DNA of 64,000 nt, from positions 1-64,000 of the IMG/VR virus record IMGVR_UViG_3300033067_001661. One strand, 5' to 3'. The notes under the pieces are model-generated. The model did no database searches and had not been told where the DNA came from. It saw nothing but the letters and a program-made list of their open reading frames with translations. Origin of the DNA: a virus. Its lineage: Duplodnaviria > Heunggongvirae > Uroviricota > Caudoviricetes. The number at the start of each line of letters is the position of its first letter. Position 1 is the first letter of the stretch. The position numbers were made by a program, and so were the translations under genes. Of the stretch, positions 1 through 7,857 are shown one piece after another.

Positions 1-46
1 GGATTCGAACCAGGACGAACCAGGACGAACCAGGACGAAAAGATTT
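1..46 (-). pseudogene. 3' remnant of a disrupted tRNA (probably Gln); runs off the window edge; T-arm 10-mer triplicated
   Basis: Minus strand reads AA-TCTTT-TCGT-CCTGGTTCG(TCCTGGTTCG)x2-AATCC; TCTTT can pair with GGAGA of the 5' remnant at 656-686. Confidence 0.6.
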
Positions 47-49
47 TAA

Positions 50-122
50 CTGGGCGAACAGGATTCGAACCTGTAGCATCCGGATCCAAAGTCCAGCGTT
101 CCACCATTTGAACTATCGCCCA
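50..122 (-). tRNA. tRNA-Gln(TTG)
   Basis: Cloverleaf; anticodon arm CTGGA-CT TTG GA-TCCGG; T loop TTCGAAT. Confidence 0.93.
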
Positions 123-601
123 TTCTTTCCCGCGAATGTCTCTGTTTGACTATGGCAGTTTGGACAAAGCAATCTTAGGTTTTCTCGTCTATTATCTCTA
201 CAGTTACCATTTTTATGATCAAGCTGAAGAGACAATGGTTTATCATTCCAATTCGGACCAATTTTACACGAAGAACATTCATTCACAACAATATTTTCTT
301 TTATCAATCTTTTCTTAAGAGATCTACTGTTGGTGTAATTTGAGTTTTCAACTAGAATTTCTTCTAAAGGTTGTCCTTTACAACCTCTTATTGACTTATT
401 TTTGTTTGAATTTCTTCCAAGAACTATATGAGAAAAATCAATTTCATCACTAATCAATCTTTCTTTAAGAGTTCTACTGTTTCCACCTTTAGGACTTAGA
501 CCATATTTTCGCAAAATAAATGAAAGAGAATCCGTAGACTTTACAAGCTGATCTAGTTCTTCTCTTGGTATGGCCCAAAGTATTGATTTTTTCTTTCGCA
601 T
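113..601 (-). CDS. HNH endonuclease
   Basis: CxxC...LQLDHKNGN...N...NLRLLCPNCH; AGGAG precedes ATG at 601. Confidence 0.9.
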   Translation of the reverse strand: MRKKKSILWAIPREELDQLVKSTDSLSFILRKYGLSPKGGNSRTLKERLISDEIDFSHIVLGRNSNKNKSIRGCKGQPLEEILVENSNYTNSRSLKKRLIKENIVVNECSSCKIGPNWNDKPLSLQLDHKNGNCRDNRRENLRLLCPNCHSQTETFAGKNGR

Positions 602-655
602 ATCTATCTCCTGTAAGATAGATAATACAAATAATGGTAACACAACCCTTCTTTT

Positions 656-686
656 GTCTCCTATGCTACCGTTACATCATAGACCA
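656..686 (-). pseudogene. 5' half of a disrupted tRNA (Gln-like)
   Basis: TGGTCTA-TG-ATGT AACGGT AGCAT-A-GGAGA-C, then breaks at the anticodon loop. Confidence 0.7.
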
Positions 687-752
687 ATGTTTTACTTCTT
701 CTTAGAAGAAGCCAAGGCTTCCTGTCTCTTACGACGAAGACGCTCTTGATTC

Positions 753-1022
753 TTACGATGCTTTCTTGCCACGTTTTTTTGCTTGCTTGTCATTTTTCTT
801 CTCTTTCTTTACTTTCTCTTCTTTCAATTCGAAGAGTTTGTCTCCAACAAGAACCGACCCGCCCATGACCTTTGCAATGTTCAAATGCATCTTAATTTCA
901 GACGCCTTCATTCCGCTCTTCTTGAAAAGTTCTTCAAGTTGTTCAGCCGTTACTTGAATAGGCTTACCTGCTTTGCTAGCAGTTTGTTTCAAATGGTTGA
1001 ACTTTGCGGCGGAAAAGAACAT
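753..1022 (-). CDS. hypothetical protein, Lys-rich tail
   Basis: ORF with GGAG RBS, co-oriented with neighbours. Confidence 0.65.
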   Translation of the reverse strand: MFFSAAKFNHLKQTASKAGKPIQVTAEQLEELFKKSGMKASEIKMHLNIAKVMGGSVLVGDKLFELKEEKVKKEKKNDKQAKKRGKKAS

Positions 1023-1033
1023 TGCAAATCTCC

Positions 1034-1255
1034 TTATGCGGTCTTTATTCTTACAGAAGCAACCGCAGCAGTCTTTCGGAGATTCTCAAGCGCTGACTCG
1101 CAGTTTTCACGACTTGTATAGCTTTCGCCAGACTCAGCCGTTATACGACCAGAGGAGTAATGCCTCCAACGCCACTGAGAAGTAGCGTCCTCGTACAACT
1201 CAAAGCCGTCAGGATTCGCTGCCTTCTGAACTTCATTTCCTGCTACGCAACCCAT
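1034..1255 (-). CDS. YegP/DUF1508-like small protein
   Basis: FELYED..QWRWR...GRITAESGESYTSRENC pattern. Confidence 0.75.
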   Translation of the reverse strand: MGCVAGNEVQKAANPDGFELYEDATSQWRWRHYSSGRITAESGESYTSRENCESALENLRKTAAVASVRIKTA

Positions 1256-1327
1256 TTTATGTCTCCATTCTGATTAGATTTTGCGCCAAAAGTAAACCCG
1301 TATGTTACTTTCGCTACATATTCCAAA

Positions 1328-1398
1328 CAGCCCGACCTGGATTCGAACCAGGACTAACTCTTTCAGAGAGAGTTGTGCTACCGTTACACTATCAGGCT
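1328..1398 (-). tRNA. tRNA-Gln(CTG)
   Basis: ACTCT-CT CTG AA-AGAGT; acceptor AGCCTGA/TCGGGCT. Confidence 0.9.
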
Positions 1399-1411
1399 AA
1401 ATTTCTTAATT

Positions 1412-1612
1412 CTAGTCAATATCATTATCGTAAAATCTATACTCGTTCATTAAAATATCTTCTACAGATTCCTCAATTAATGATAATAGATCTATAGTTT
1501 TCTTTTGCAAAGGAGTAGATGATTTATCTTCTTCGCATAGTTTCTTGCATTCTGCTAAAACTTTGCGCATTTTCTTTACTTGTTCTATTGCATCTTCTGT
1601 AAAATATGGCAT
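1412..1612 (-). CDS. hypothetical protein
   Basis: 66-aa ORF filling the gap between two tRNAs. Confidence 0.55.
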   Translation of the reverse strand: MPYFTEDAIEQVKKMRKVLAECKKLCEEDKSSTPLQKKTIDLLSLIEESVEDILMNEYRFYDNDID

Positions 1613-1615
1613 AAG

Positions 1616-1689
1616 TGGACCTGGGGAGAGTCGAACTCCCTACCTTTCCCGTGCGAGGGGAATGTTCAACCAAATTGAACTTCAAGCCC
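1616..1689 (-). tRNA. tRNA-Ala(CGC)
   Basis: TTCCC-CT CGC AC-GGGAA; G3:U70. Confidence 0.93.
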
Positions 1690-1980
1690 ATGTTCTATGC
1701 TTTTCCGAAATCCATTCTCTGCCATCATACTCTTCTATTTCCCATTCTACATCGGCAGGAATGCTAACTATCTTAAGTTCTGACAAAGCGCCAAAAGCCC
1801 TTTCTCCCAAGGTTTCAATACACTCAATAAGAAGAGGATCGTCTTGCTATTTGCATAGTATTCAGAAACCTTGTAGGCAATATCTTTCATTCCTCTTTCG
1901 AAGAGCCAAAGAGCAGCCTCAGGAGAAAGACCAAAACCACCATAGCAAGTATTTATGACAACCTTCTTCTCAGCGTCCAT
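1682..1980 (-). pseudogene. frameshifted conserved phage hypothetical gene
   Basis: N-half KVVINTCYGGFGLS in one frame; C-half DPLLIECIETLG...LKIVSIPADVEWEIEEYDGREWISEKHRTWA* in another; break near 1845. Confidence 0.7.
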
Positions 1981-1988
1981 TGCTTTCC

Positions 1989-2399
1989 TCAAACTTCTCT
2001 GCTCGATTTGTAGTGAGCAGTTGCGGGAGTTACAAACGGTATTGGCTTGCCGTCTGGTCCAACACTAACCATCGCAACCGTTGCCGTTGTAACTTCTACT
2101 TTTTCGTGAGTATCGCCTCGTATGGCTTCTACTTTCACTTCAATCGTTACACTTTTCGTTCCCGTCTTTATCGTTCTTGTAGAGAACGATACGATGTCGC
2201 CTATAAGGATAGGCTTCTTGAAATCCACTTTCTCAAAAGAAGCAGTAACCCAACGATGAGCGCCGTGATTCATGGCTTCAACGAGGGCTGCCTGGTCTAT
2301 GTAAGAAAGAATAATACCACCAAAAATTGTTCCATACTGGTTTGTATGACGAGGAAGCATAACAACCTGAATGGCGGTAACGAAAGGTTTTTCTTCCAT
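1989..2399 (-). CDS. acyl-CoA thioesterase (hotdog fold, YciA-like)
   Basis: PRHTNQYGTIFGG...IDQAA...VTAS...VDFKKP motif. Confidence 0.9.
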   Translation of the reverse strand: MEEKPFVTAIQVVMLPRHTNQYGTIFGGIILSYIDQAALVEAMNHGAHRWVTASFEKVDFKKPILIGDIVSFSTRTIKTGTKSVTIEVKVEAIRGDTHEKVEVTTATVAMVSVGPDGKPIPFVTPATAHYKSSREV

Positions 2400-2402
2400 A
2401 AG

Positions 2403-2438
2403 TGGAGCCTGCGAGATTCGAACTCGCCACCTATTGCT
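2403..2438 (-). pseudogene. 3' remnant of a disrupted tRNA-Ala
   Basis: T arm GCGAG TTCGAAT CTCGC plus acceptor strand AGGCTCC-A; no D or anticodon arm. Confidence 0.75.
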
Positions 2439-2487
2439 TTAGCCCCTTTTTAGTCTTAATAAACAATAAAGCACTAATTTTGATTCT

Positions 2488-2766
2488 TCATATAGATGGT
2501 AACAAATCAACATCTATCAAAAATCTATCACATACTACTTTAACGTATTCCTCATTAGTTTTATACTGAAAACTTTCCCACAAGGAAAATCTAGGACCAT
2601 TACGCGATTTATTCAGCCTTCCAATACAAACATAAATGTTTCGTATAGATCTATCTAGATCATAAATACAATGACGATCTTCTTGATTTTTCAAAACACT
2701 TAACAGCCTCTTGCATCGGCTCTGTAAGGCGTCTATTTTTTCTTTTACTTTGATATCAATGTCCAT
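2488..2766 (-). CDS. hypothetical protein
   Basis: 92-aa ORF inside the Ala cassette. Confidence 0.55.
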   Translation of the reverse strand: MDIDIKVKEKIDALQSRCKRLLSVLKNQEDRHCIYDLDRSIRNIYVCIGRLNKSRNGPRFSLWESFQYKTNEEYVKVVCDRFLIDVDLLPSI

Positions 2767-2769
2767 AAG

Positions 2770-2842
2770 TGGAGCTTATGGGGATCGAACCCACCGTCTC
2801 AACCTTGCAAAGGTCGCGATTCACCTTCGAATCTTAAGCCCC
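2770..2842 (-). tRNA. tRNA-Ala(TGC)
   Basis: CGACC-TT TGC AA-GGTTG; G3:U70. Confidence 0.93.
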
Positions 2843-2843
2843 G

Positions 2844-3326
2844 CTACCACTTACCTGCATGCTTCTCTCTATGACATCTACAACATAGAAGGTCACACTT
2901 ATCAAGTTCTGTCTTCAATCTTTCCCAACTCCAGCATTTCATTTTATGAAAATCCGGATCTTTTTCTTGCGGATTGCGATGGTGAAAATCCATCGCTTCA
3001 TAACATTCACTATAGCCGCATTTCAAACACTTGTTACCCTTATATTCTATCGCTTTTTTCTTCTGATCTTTAAAACGTTTCACCGTTTGTTTACTGTGGC
3101 ATTTTTTGCACAAATTCCTTGAATAACCGTTACGCCCATTCTTCATCATCATTTCAGGATTTGATTCAGAACAGCTTTTGCAACAGTAGGATTTTTTCTT
3201 GACAGTTGTTAGACTAAATTTCTCAAGCCAATATCTTGCATTGGTTTGAGAAACACTTAACTTCTCTGCTATCTGTCGAGTTGAAAAGCCTTCATTAACT
3301 AGTTTTAGTAAAAGCTCTGAATCCAT
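2844..3326 (-). CDS. HNH endonuclease with N-terminal HTH
   Basis: STRQIAEKL HTH; CLKCGY...MDFHHRNP...KCDLLCCRCHREKH. Confidence 0.9.
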   Translation of the reverse strand: MDSELLLKLVNEGFSTRQIAEKLSVSQTNARYWLEKFSLTTVKKKSYCCKSCSESNPEMMMKNGRNGYSRNLCKKCHSKQTVKRFKDQKKKAIEYKGNKCLKCGYSECYEAMDFHHRNPQEKDPDFHKMKCWSWERLKTELDKCDLLCCRCHREKHAGKW

Positions 3327-3374
3327 AGAGTATATTTCTATACTCTAGCTCAGCAATCCTTTTTTATTTGCAAA

Positions 3375-3391
3375 AGATGAGCTAAGACCCC
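3375..3391 (-). pseudogene. 5' remnant of a disrupted tRNA-Ala
   Basis: GGGGTCT-TA-GCTC-ATCT; GGGGTCT pairs with AGGCTCC at 2404-2410, including G3:U70. Confidence 0.6.
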
Positions 3392-3394
3392 AAA

Positions 3395-3464
3395 ACAACC
3401 AATATGTTAGGTGACCAACGGGGGTAACTTAACAGGTTAACCGTAGGTACATTCGACTGGTTGT
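3395..3464 (-). ncRNA. Y-RNA-like module, copy 1
   Basis: ACAACCAG-TCGAATG...GGTTAAC...CATA-TTGGTTGT. Confidence 0.6.
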
Positions 3465-3466
3465 AA

Positions 3467-3540
3467 TGCCCCTACCCGGATTCGAACCGGGAAAACGTCG
3501 GCTTAAAAGGCCGCTGCTTTACCTGATAAGCTTCAGGGGC
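3467..3540 (-). tRNA. tRNA-Lys(TTT)
   Basis: CGGC-CT TTT AA-GCCG. Confidence 0.9.
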
Positions 3541-3712
3541 GCTTCTTATTTTTGTCCGAAATCAATTCTTCCCTAGATTTCGGCTCATGACCTTTGGCAA
3601 ACCACATCTTAAACTCAGACTCGCATTCACAACACTTGGGAGGCTTATTACCTCCTTGGTCAAACGCAAAGGTACATCCGCAATGACATTTAGTACCTTC
3701 AAGTCGTTTCAT
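3533..3712 (-). CDS. small Cys-rich hypothetical protein
   Basis: MKRLEG..CHCGC..CCEC; the upstream part of the listed ORF is tRNA. Confidence 0.5.
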   Translation of the reverse strand: MKRLEGTKCHCGCTFAFDQGGNKPPKCCECESEFKMWFAKGHEPKSREELISDKNKKRP

Positions 3713-3714
3713 AA

Positions 3715-3790
3715 TAGCGGAGATAGGATTCGAACCTATATGGAATGGCTTATGAGACCACCGCTGGGAACCGTTCCAGTCTACTCCGCA
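3715..3790 (-). tRNA. tRNA-Met(CAT), 1:72 mismatch
   Basis: TGGT-CT CAT AA-GCCA; acceptor TGCGGAG/CTCCGCT. Confidence 0.85.
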
Positions 3791-3880
3791 GTCTATATTC
3801 AAATCGACAATTACTCAAAACTTCCTTTAGAGAACACGATTGTTTTAGTCGATACTGAAGTGAAAGAAGAAAGGTTAAGT

Positions 3881-4423
3881 ATGGACACAAAAAACATTCA
3901 TGTCGATTTTGAAAAGCTATCAGCAAGTCTTGTTGACGTTCTTCCTATTGCTATTATTATCTTCAACAGCAAGCATGATATAATCTATTGCAACAAACAC
4001 ACAGAAGCTGTATTCGGATACAAAACTGAAGAACTTATAGGAAAGCCTCTTAGTTCTCTTGTTCCTGATAGATTCAAAGAAAGTCATAGCCATGACGCTC
4101 ATGAATATATGAAAAACCCGAAACCAAGGTCTATGAATAATGGACTGGAACTATATGCTATTCACGCAGACCATCATGAATTCCCCGTAGAAATAGCTCT
4201 TTCTCCATTAGTCAAAGACGACGGAGAACAACTTGTGGTAGCTTCCATTCTTGATCTAACTAAAATGACTTCTCTTATTCTTAGAGTTGATTCTTCTGTT
4301 TTAGCTAACACTGAACTTCAGGGCAAGATTGTTGCAATGAAAGAAAAGATGGTAGAAATGGAAGAGAAGTATTCTTCGCTTCTAAAAAGCTCCCGGTTGG
4401 ATTCGAACCAACGTGTCGTTTAA
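3881..4423 (+). CDS. PAS-domain protein with C-terminal coiled coil
   Basis: N..TE.VFGY..EELIGKPLSSLVP...FPVEIALSP...DLT PAS signature. Confidence 0.85.
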   Translation: MDTKNIHVDFEKLSASLVDVLPIAIIIFNSKHDIIYCNKHTEAVFGYKTEELIGKPLSSLVPDRFKESHSHDAHEYMKNPKPRSMNNGLELYAIHADHHEFPVEIALSPLVKDDGEQLVVASILDLTKMTSLILRVDSSVLANTELQGKIVAMKEKMVEMEEKYSSLLKSSRLDSNQRVV

Positions 4424-4471
4424 CGATTCTGCTTTGCAGGCAGGCCCATTCAACCTCTCTGGCACAGGAGC
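4388..4471 (-). tRNA. tRNA-Cys(GCA) with long variable arm
   Basis: CTGC-CT GCA AA-GCAG; U73; variable hairpin TCGT-TAA-ACGA. Confidence 0.85.
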
Positions 4472-4472
4472 A

Positions 4473-4628
4473 TGGAGGCGAGGGCAGGACTAGCAACTTC
4501 TTACCTTGCAAGGGTTTTGGTCTTGCGACCAAAGAAGTTTACCTGCACCAGTGTCCGTAATACCAGCCGCTCAAGGCCGCCAGACATCGTTCTATACGAT
4601 GAGCCATCGCACCTTAAACTACCTCGCC
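4473..4628 (-). ncRNA. tRNA-like RNA with hairpin inserts in D, anticodon and T loops; encoded CCA
   Basis: GGCGAGG/CCTCGCC-T-CCA; stems GTTT/GAAC, TGTCTG/CGGACA, GCAGG/CCTGC. Confidence 0.7.
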
Positions 4629-4658
4629 AATAGAAACCGCAAGCGCTAACCTGTTGTT

Positions 4659-4871
4659 TCATATAACTTCAATATCAAACGTTTTACCCGGAAGACATTT
4701 TTTGGCTATAGTCAGTCCTCTAGGAACGGAATAATCTCCAACAAAAACGGATGAACCGTATTGTTCTTTGGATACTATGGCCTCATAGTAAGATGGGGCT
4801 GTTCTTTTAAGAAGAACATATCCTATCTTTTCCTTGCCATCATAAATGGCAATTCTCATTCTTAGTTTCAT
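4659..4871 (-). CDS. hypothetical protein
   Basis: ORF from MKLRMR; the upstream part of the listed ORF is tRNA. Confidence 0.55.
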   Translation of the reverse strand: MKLRMRIAIYDGKEKIGYVLLKRTAPSYYEAIVSKEQYGSSVFVGDYSVPRGLTIAKKCLPGKTFDIEVI

Positions 4872-4873
4872 AA

Positions 4874-4948
4874 AGCCCGCTACAGGACTCGAACCTGTAC
4901 ACTTCTGAGTTGCAGTCAGAGCCATTTGTCCATTTTTGGTAAGCGGGC
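4874..4948 (-). tRNA. tRNA-Cys(GCA)
   Basis: TCTGA-CT GCA AC-TCAGA; U73. Confidence 0.92.
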
Positions 4949-4950
4949 AT

Positions 4951-5065
4951 TTAGCTAGTATGGGATTGAACTGGGAAATGCCTACACAGGCTATCCCCCC
5001 ATAGTTTTGAAGAGGAGGATATAAGAGTTGAACTTATTGATAACCCAGAAACTTCGACTAGCTAA
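4951..5065 (-). ncRNA. Y-RNA-like module, copy 2 (enlarged distal domain)
   Basis: TTAGCTAG-TCGAAG...GGGTTATC...CATA-CTAGCTAA. Confidence 0.55.
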
Positions 5066-5092
5066 ACCTAGTTATCGGCTTTTCAACCAACA

Positions 5093-5368
5093 CTAAGACT
5101 TCTTTACACGCTTGTTCCAAGCCTTGACCGCCTTCTTAATCAAATGAGTATCAAGGCACTTGTTACTATTCCAACGAGCAGGCAAATCGCAAAAACAAGA
5201 CTTTGCAAAGCATTTAGAGCAACGAACATGCCAGGCATGTCCGCTGCATTCGACATAAGCATCTCCGCCGCAAAAAGGGCAGGGAAGCAAGTCGTCATGC
5301 TCAACTTCTTTGCGAAGAAAATGACCTTGATCGTCTTTCTTATTCCAGATTGGAACTTGAGTCTTCAT
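5093..5368 (-). CDS. Lar-family (restriction alleviation) Zn-ribbon protein
   Basis: LLPCPFCGG...CSKC...AVKAWNKRV. Confidence 0.8.
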   Translation of the reverse strand: MKTQVPIWNKKDDQGHFLRKEVEHDDLLPCPFCGGDAYVECSGHAWHVRCSKCFAKSCFCDLPARWNSNKCLDTHLIKKAVKAWNKRVKKS

Positions 5369-5666
5369 GATTGCCTTTTCTATCTGGACGAATTTTGAAG
5401 TTTACAACCTCTATACCAGTTTCGTTGATTATAACTTCTATGTCATCAGGAGTTGTAGGCAAACCAAGCTCAGTATACTTTGCGCTTATATCTACAGCTA
5501 ACCGAGCCTTGAACTTAGAGTTAAAAACTTCGTTGCTGATCATTTCATGAGTAAAAGACTCAATAGTATCCAAGCCTGAGTTGTCAAAAGACTCAGCAAG
5601 AGCCTTTGCAAGAATTGGGGAGAAAAAAAGGTCTCTAATCTCTCTTGCAATATTGTCTTTATTCAT
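5340..5666 (-). CDS. hypothetical protein
   Basis: ORF from MNKDNI, coupled to neighbours. Confidence 0.55.
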   Translation of the reverse strand: MNKDNIAREIRDLFFSPILAKALAESFDNSGLDTIESFTHEMISNEVFNSKFKARLAVDISAKYTELGLPTTPDDIEVIINETGIEVVNFKIRPDRKGNHEDSSSNLE

Positions 5667-5873
5667 GGCAGTATTCCAAACTACTTTGCTAACGAAAGTA
5701 TATCCCAAGCAGCAGTAGCGGCTATGGGCCGACTCTTATGAGTATATTGACCTGTTTTCTCGTTCTCAGCCCACCACCAAGGCCGACCAGCTTCGATTTT
5801 ATGAAGAAGCCGCCAACCATGAAGTTGCAAAGTAGACCAACAAGAAGGAAATAGGTCTTCCCTTATTACATCA

Positions 5874-5983
5874 AGCGATTGTTGGGATTCGAACCCTGAG
5901 TCGGCTTTCACTCTTGTTATTCCTAGGAAACAAAACGTCAGACTCAATTAACCAAACCAGTATGCCTACCGGAATACAATCGC
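5874..5983 (-). ncRNA. tRNA-like RNA: acceptor stem and T loop with a non-canonical middle
   Basis: GCGATTG/CAATCGC; GGG TTCGAAT CCC; TGAGTC/GACTCA encloses a long hairpin. Confidence 0.55.
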
Positions 5984-5984
5984 A

Positions 5985-6350
5985 TCATTTTTCAAACCAA
6001 ACCTTGTCTTTGCAGGAAGCTTCTCCGTTATAGTTGATGAAGATTTCTTCGCCCTTCCTGATTGACTTGACAGCAGTAAAGAAAATTTCTTTCTTGCTTT
6101 CATTGAAGTCGTATTCAGCATTGGCGCTTGAAGAATGATTGAAGAAGCTTCCATGACCCATTGCTATCGCAAAGGTATTCTTGCCCCATTCGTACCAGTA
6201 GTTGCTAAGGTCTGTTTGAAACAGACTATTAGTGTCTTTCTTCTTGGTAATCAAAAGAGGATTTACCAGGAACTTTTCGCCCTTGCGGATATCTTTGGTG
6301 GCAAAAACACCTCGACCCGAAATCTTGCTCACTTTTACAACTGTTGACAT
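5985..6350 (-). CDS. SET-domain protein-lysine methyltransferase
   Basis: GRGVFA...FNHS...GEEIFINY. Confidence 0.9.
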   Translation of the reverse strand: MSTVVKVSKISGRGVFATKDIRKGEKFLVNPLLITKKKDTNSLFQTDLSNYWYEWGKNTFAIAMGHGSFFNHSSSANAEYDFNESKKEIFFTAVKSIRKGEEIFINYNGEASCKDKVWFEK

Positions 6351-6395
6351 AGAACAGATTATAGGCGATTGTTTGACACAAATATCTGAAACAAG

Positions 6396-6487
6396 CGGAT
6401 GGGGTCGGGGTCGAACCGACAGTCCGCCTTGCGACGGACGCCTGCTTTCCAAGCAGGTACAGAAAACCAACTATCTGAGTCCCATCC
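6396..6487 (-). tRNA. tRNA-Ser(GGA)
   Basis: CCTGC-TT GGA AA-GCAGG; long variable arm; G73. Confidence 0.92.
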
Positions 6488-6491
6488 AAAG

Positions 6492-6609
6492 AATTCCTGC
6501 CGGGCGTCCCCTGACTACGCTGTTCAACCATATGAACTTCCAGGGCAAAAGCGCCCCAGATTGGATTCGAACCAACTACCTTCATAGCTCGCTTAGCGAA
6601 GCAAGAATT
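6492..6609 (-). ncRNA. circularly permuted tRNA-like RNA
   Basis: Order is T arm, CTGGGGC-GCTTTT-GCCCTGG, D arm; termini AATTCTTGC/GCAGGAATT pair. Confidence 0.7.
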
Positions 6610-6635
6610 AACAACGCCGCTAGCAGCGTTGAAAG

Positions 6636-6685
6636 CGGAGAGCAAGGGATTCGAACCCTCATTGCGCCTTTTAAGACGCAAGACT
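6636..6685 (-). pseudogene. 3' half of a disrupted tRNA-Ser
   Basis: Variable arm GCGTCT-TAAA-AGGCGC, T arm, acceptor strand GCTCTCC-G. Confidence 0.8.
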
Positions 6686-6956
6686 AAATATCTCTTGAAA
6701 CTATATCTATTTTCTTTCGCAAAACTGTAACGTCTTCTAGATATTCTTCTGAATCTAAATCTAAACAGTGATTATCAAGAAAGTTAACAACCTCTTTAGC
6801 TATATCTTTTAGAGATTCTATCCTAAACAAAAGTTCACTTTTCCATTCTTCTACAGTATCTCCATCTAATTGATTGGTTGATGCCTTATGTTGAGAATGC
6901 AGCATTTGGCGAATCAACTCTTCAATAGATGCGTTTTTATGTGATCTTTCTTTCAT
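6684..6956 (-). CDS. hypothetical protein
   Basis: 90-aa ORF inside the Ser cassette. Confidence 0.55.
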   Translation of the reverse strand: MKERSHKNASIEELIRQMLHSQHKASTNQLDGDTVEEWKSELLFRIESLKDIAKEVVNFLDNHCLDLDSEEYLEDVTVLRKKIDIVSRDI

Positions 6957-6959
6957 AAG

Positions 6960-7050
6960 CGGATGGTGTCAGAGTTGAACTGACGGCACCCCTTACGAGG
7001 TGCGGCGGTTTAGCAAACCGCTGGGAAAAACCGACATTCCCGTACCATCC
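6960..7050 (-). tRNA. tRNA-Ser(GCT)
   Basis: GCGGT-TT GCT AA-ACCGC; long variable arm. Confidence 0.92.
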
Positions 7051-7052
7051 AA

Positions 7053-7748
7053 TTATCTTTTCAAGATATCATCGCCATTTTTTATAGCTTTGATTTCTTG
7101 CTTTTTCCAAACCAGAAGCTTATGGTCAAACTGACTCCACTTGCTTCTGTCTTTATCTGTCTCGAATCCCTTGACTTCCAAGTAACTGTCTATGTCTTCA
7201 ATATAGAAATCAGGAGTATAAAATCTTTCTTTACTGTCGTAATTATAGGCAAAACGATTCTTATTTCTCTTCCATTTCACACCAATTTTATCAAGATACT
7301 GAGCTACTTCAAGCTCCCAAGTTCCATCAACTTTTATTAATCCAGCAATCGGACTATTGTAATCTATTTTCTTACAGCGACCAGCTTTTGGCATCCAACC
7401 ATTTTTGTATCGTTTATTGATTGAATTTCTTATCTTTTCTCGTCGCTGTTCTTCTGTCTTTTTGGTCCCTGCAACGCCTAGATTTGGATGACCAATTAAT
7501 TTAGCAGAAACCCTCGCAGATAACTCAGCGGCTTTTTCTTTGCCGTAAAGCTCTTCGTTAGTCTTGCCTTTGTTCCAAGCTTGTTGCTCGCCAGTTTTCC
7601 CTTTATTCCACGGAGCTACGCCAGTTTGCTTTTTAGCAAGTTTGGCCCGTATTGCTGGACAACGAGAAACATTCTTCTCACAGCAATAATTCTTACCTAT
7701 CAGGTATCTACCCTGACAACCGCATCCATGTTTACATATTATATCCAT
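7053..7748 (-). CDS. free-standing endonuclease: NUMOD3-like repeats plus PD-(D/E)xK domain
   Basis: PWNKGKT/AWNKGKT repeats; YTPDFY...YLEVKG. Confidence 0.85.
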   Translation of the reverse strand: MDIICKHGCGCQGRYLIGKNYCCEKNVSRCPAIRAKLAKKQTGVAPWNKGKTGEQQAWNKGKTNEELYGKEKAAELSARVSAKLIGHPNLGVAGTKKTEEQRREKIRNSINKRYKNGWMPKAGRCKKIDYNSPIAGLIKVDGTWELEVAQYLDKIGVKWKRNKNRFAYNYDSKERFYTPDFYIEDIDSYLEVKGFETDKDRSKWSQFDHKLLVWKKQEIKAIKNGDDILKR

Positions 7749-7791
7749 ACATTATATGTATCGACATAATATCATTATTGCTTCAATAAAT

Positions 7792-7828
7792 GCAAACTGC
7801 TGCCGCCAACCATATCGGCCTACTCTCC
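7792..7828 (-). pseudogene. 5' half of a disrupted tRNA-Ser(GCT)
   Basis: GGAGAGT-AG-GCCG..CGGC-A-GCAGT-TT GC| breaks in the anticodon; pairs with GCTCTCC at 6637-6643. Confidence 0.8.
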
Positions 7829-7857
7829 AAGGCGAGCTATCTTAGCTCGCGATTATC

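Noticed and set aside
7-39. GAACCAGGAC x3 as a CRISPR or functional repeat
   Set aside because: No spacers; it duplicates part of a tRNA T arm at the window edge, so it is slippage or an assembly artefact.
4473-4628. tmRNA
   Set aside because: No G3:U70 pair, too short, and no tag reading frame.
6229-6687. ORFs spanning tRNA clusters (also 4305-4532, 12570-12863, 18608-18965, 19465-20065, 21191-21640)
   Set aside because: They are translations of tRNA/ncRNA sequence or antisense shadows, with no protein motifs.
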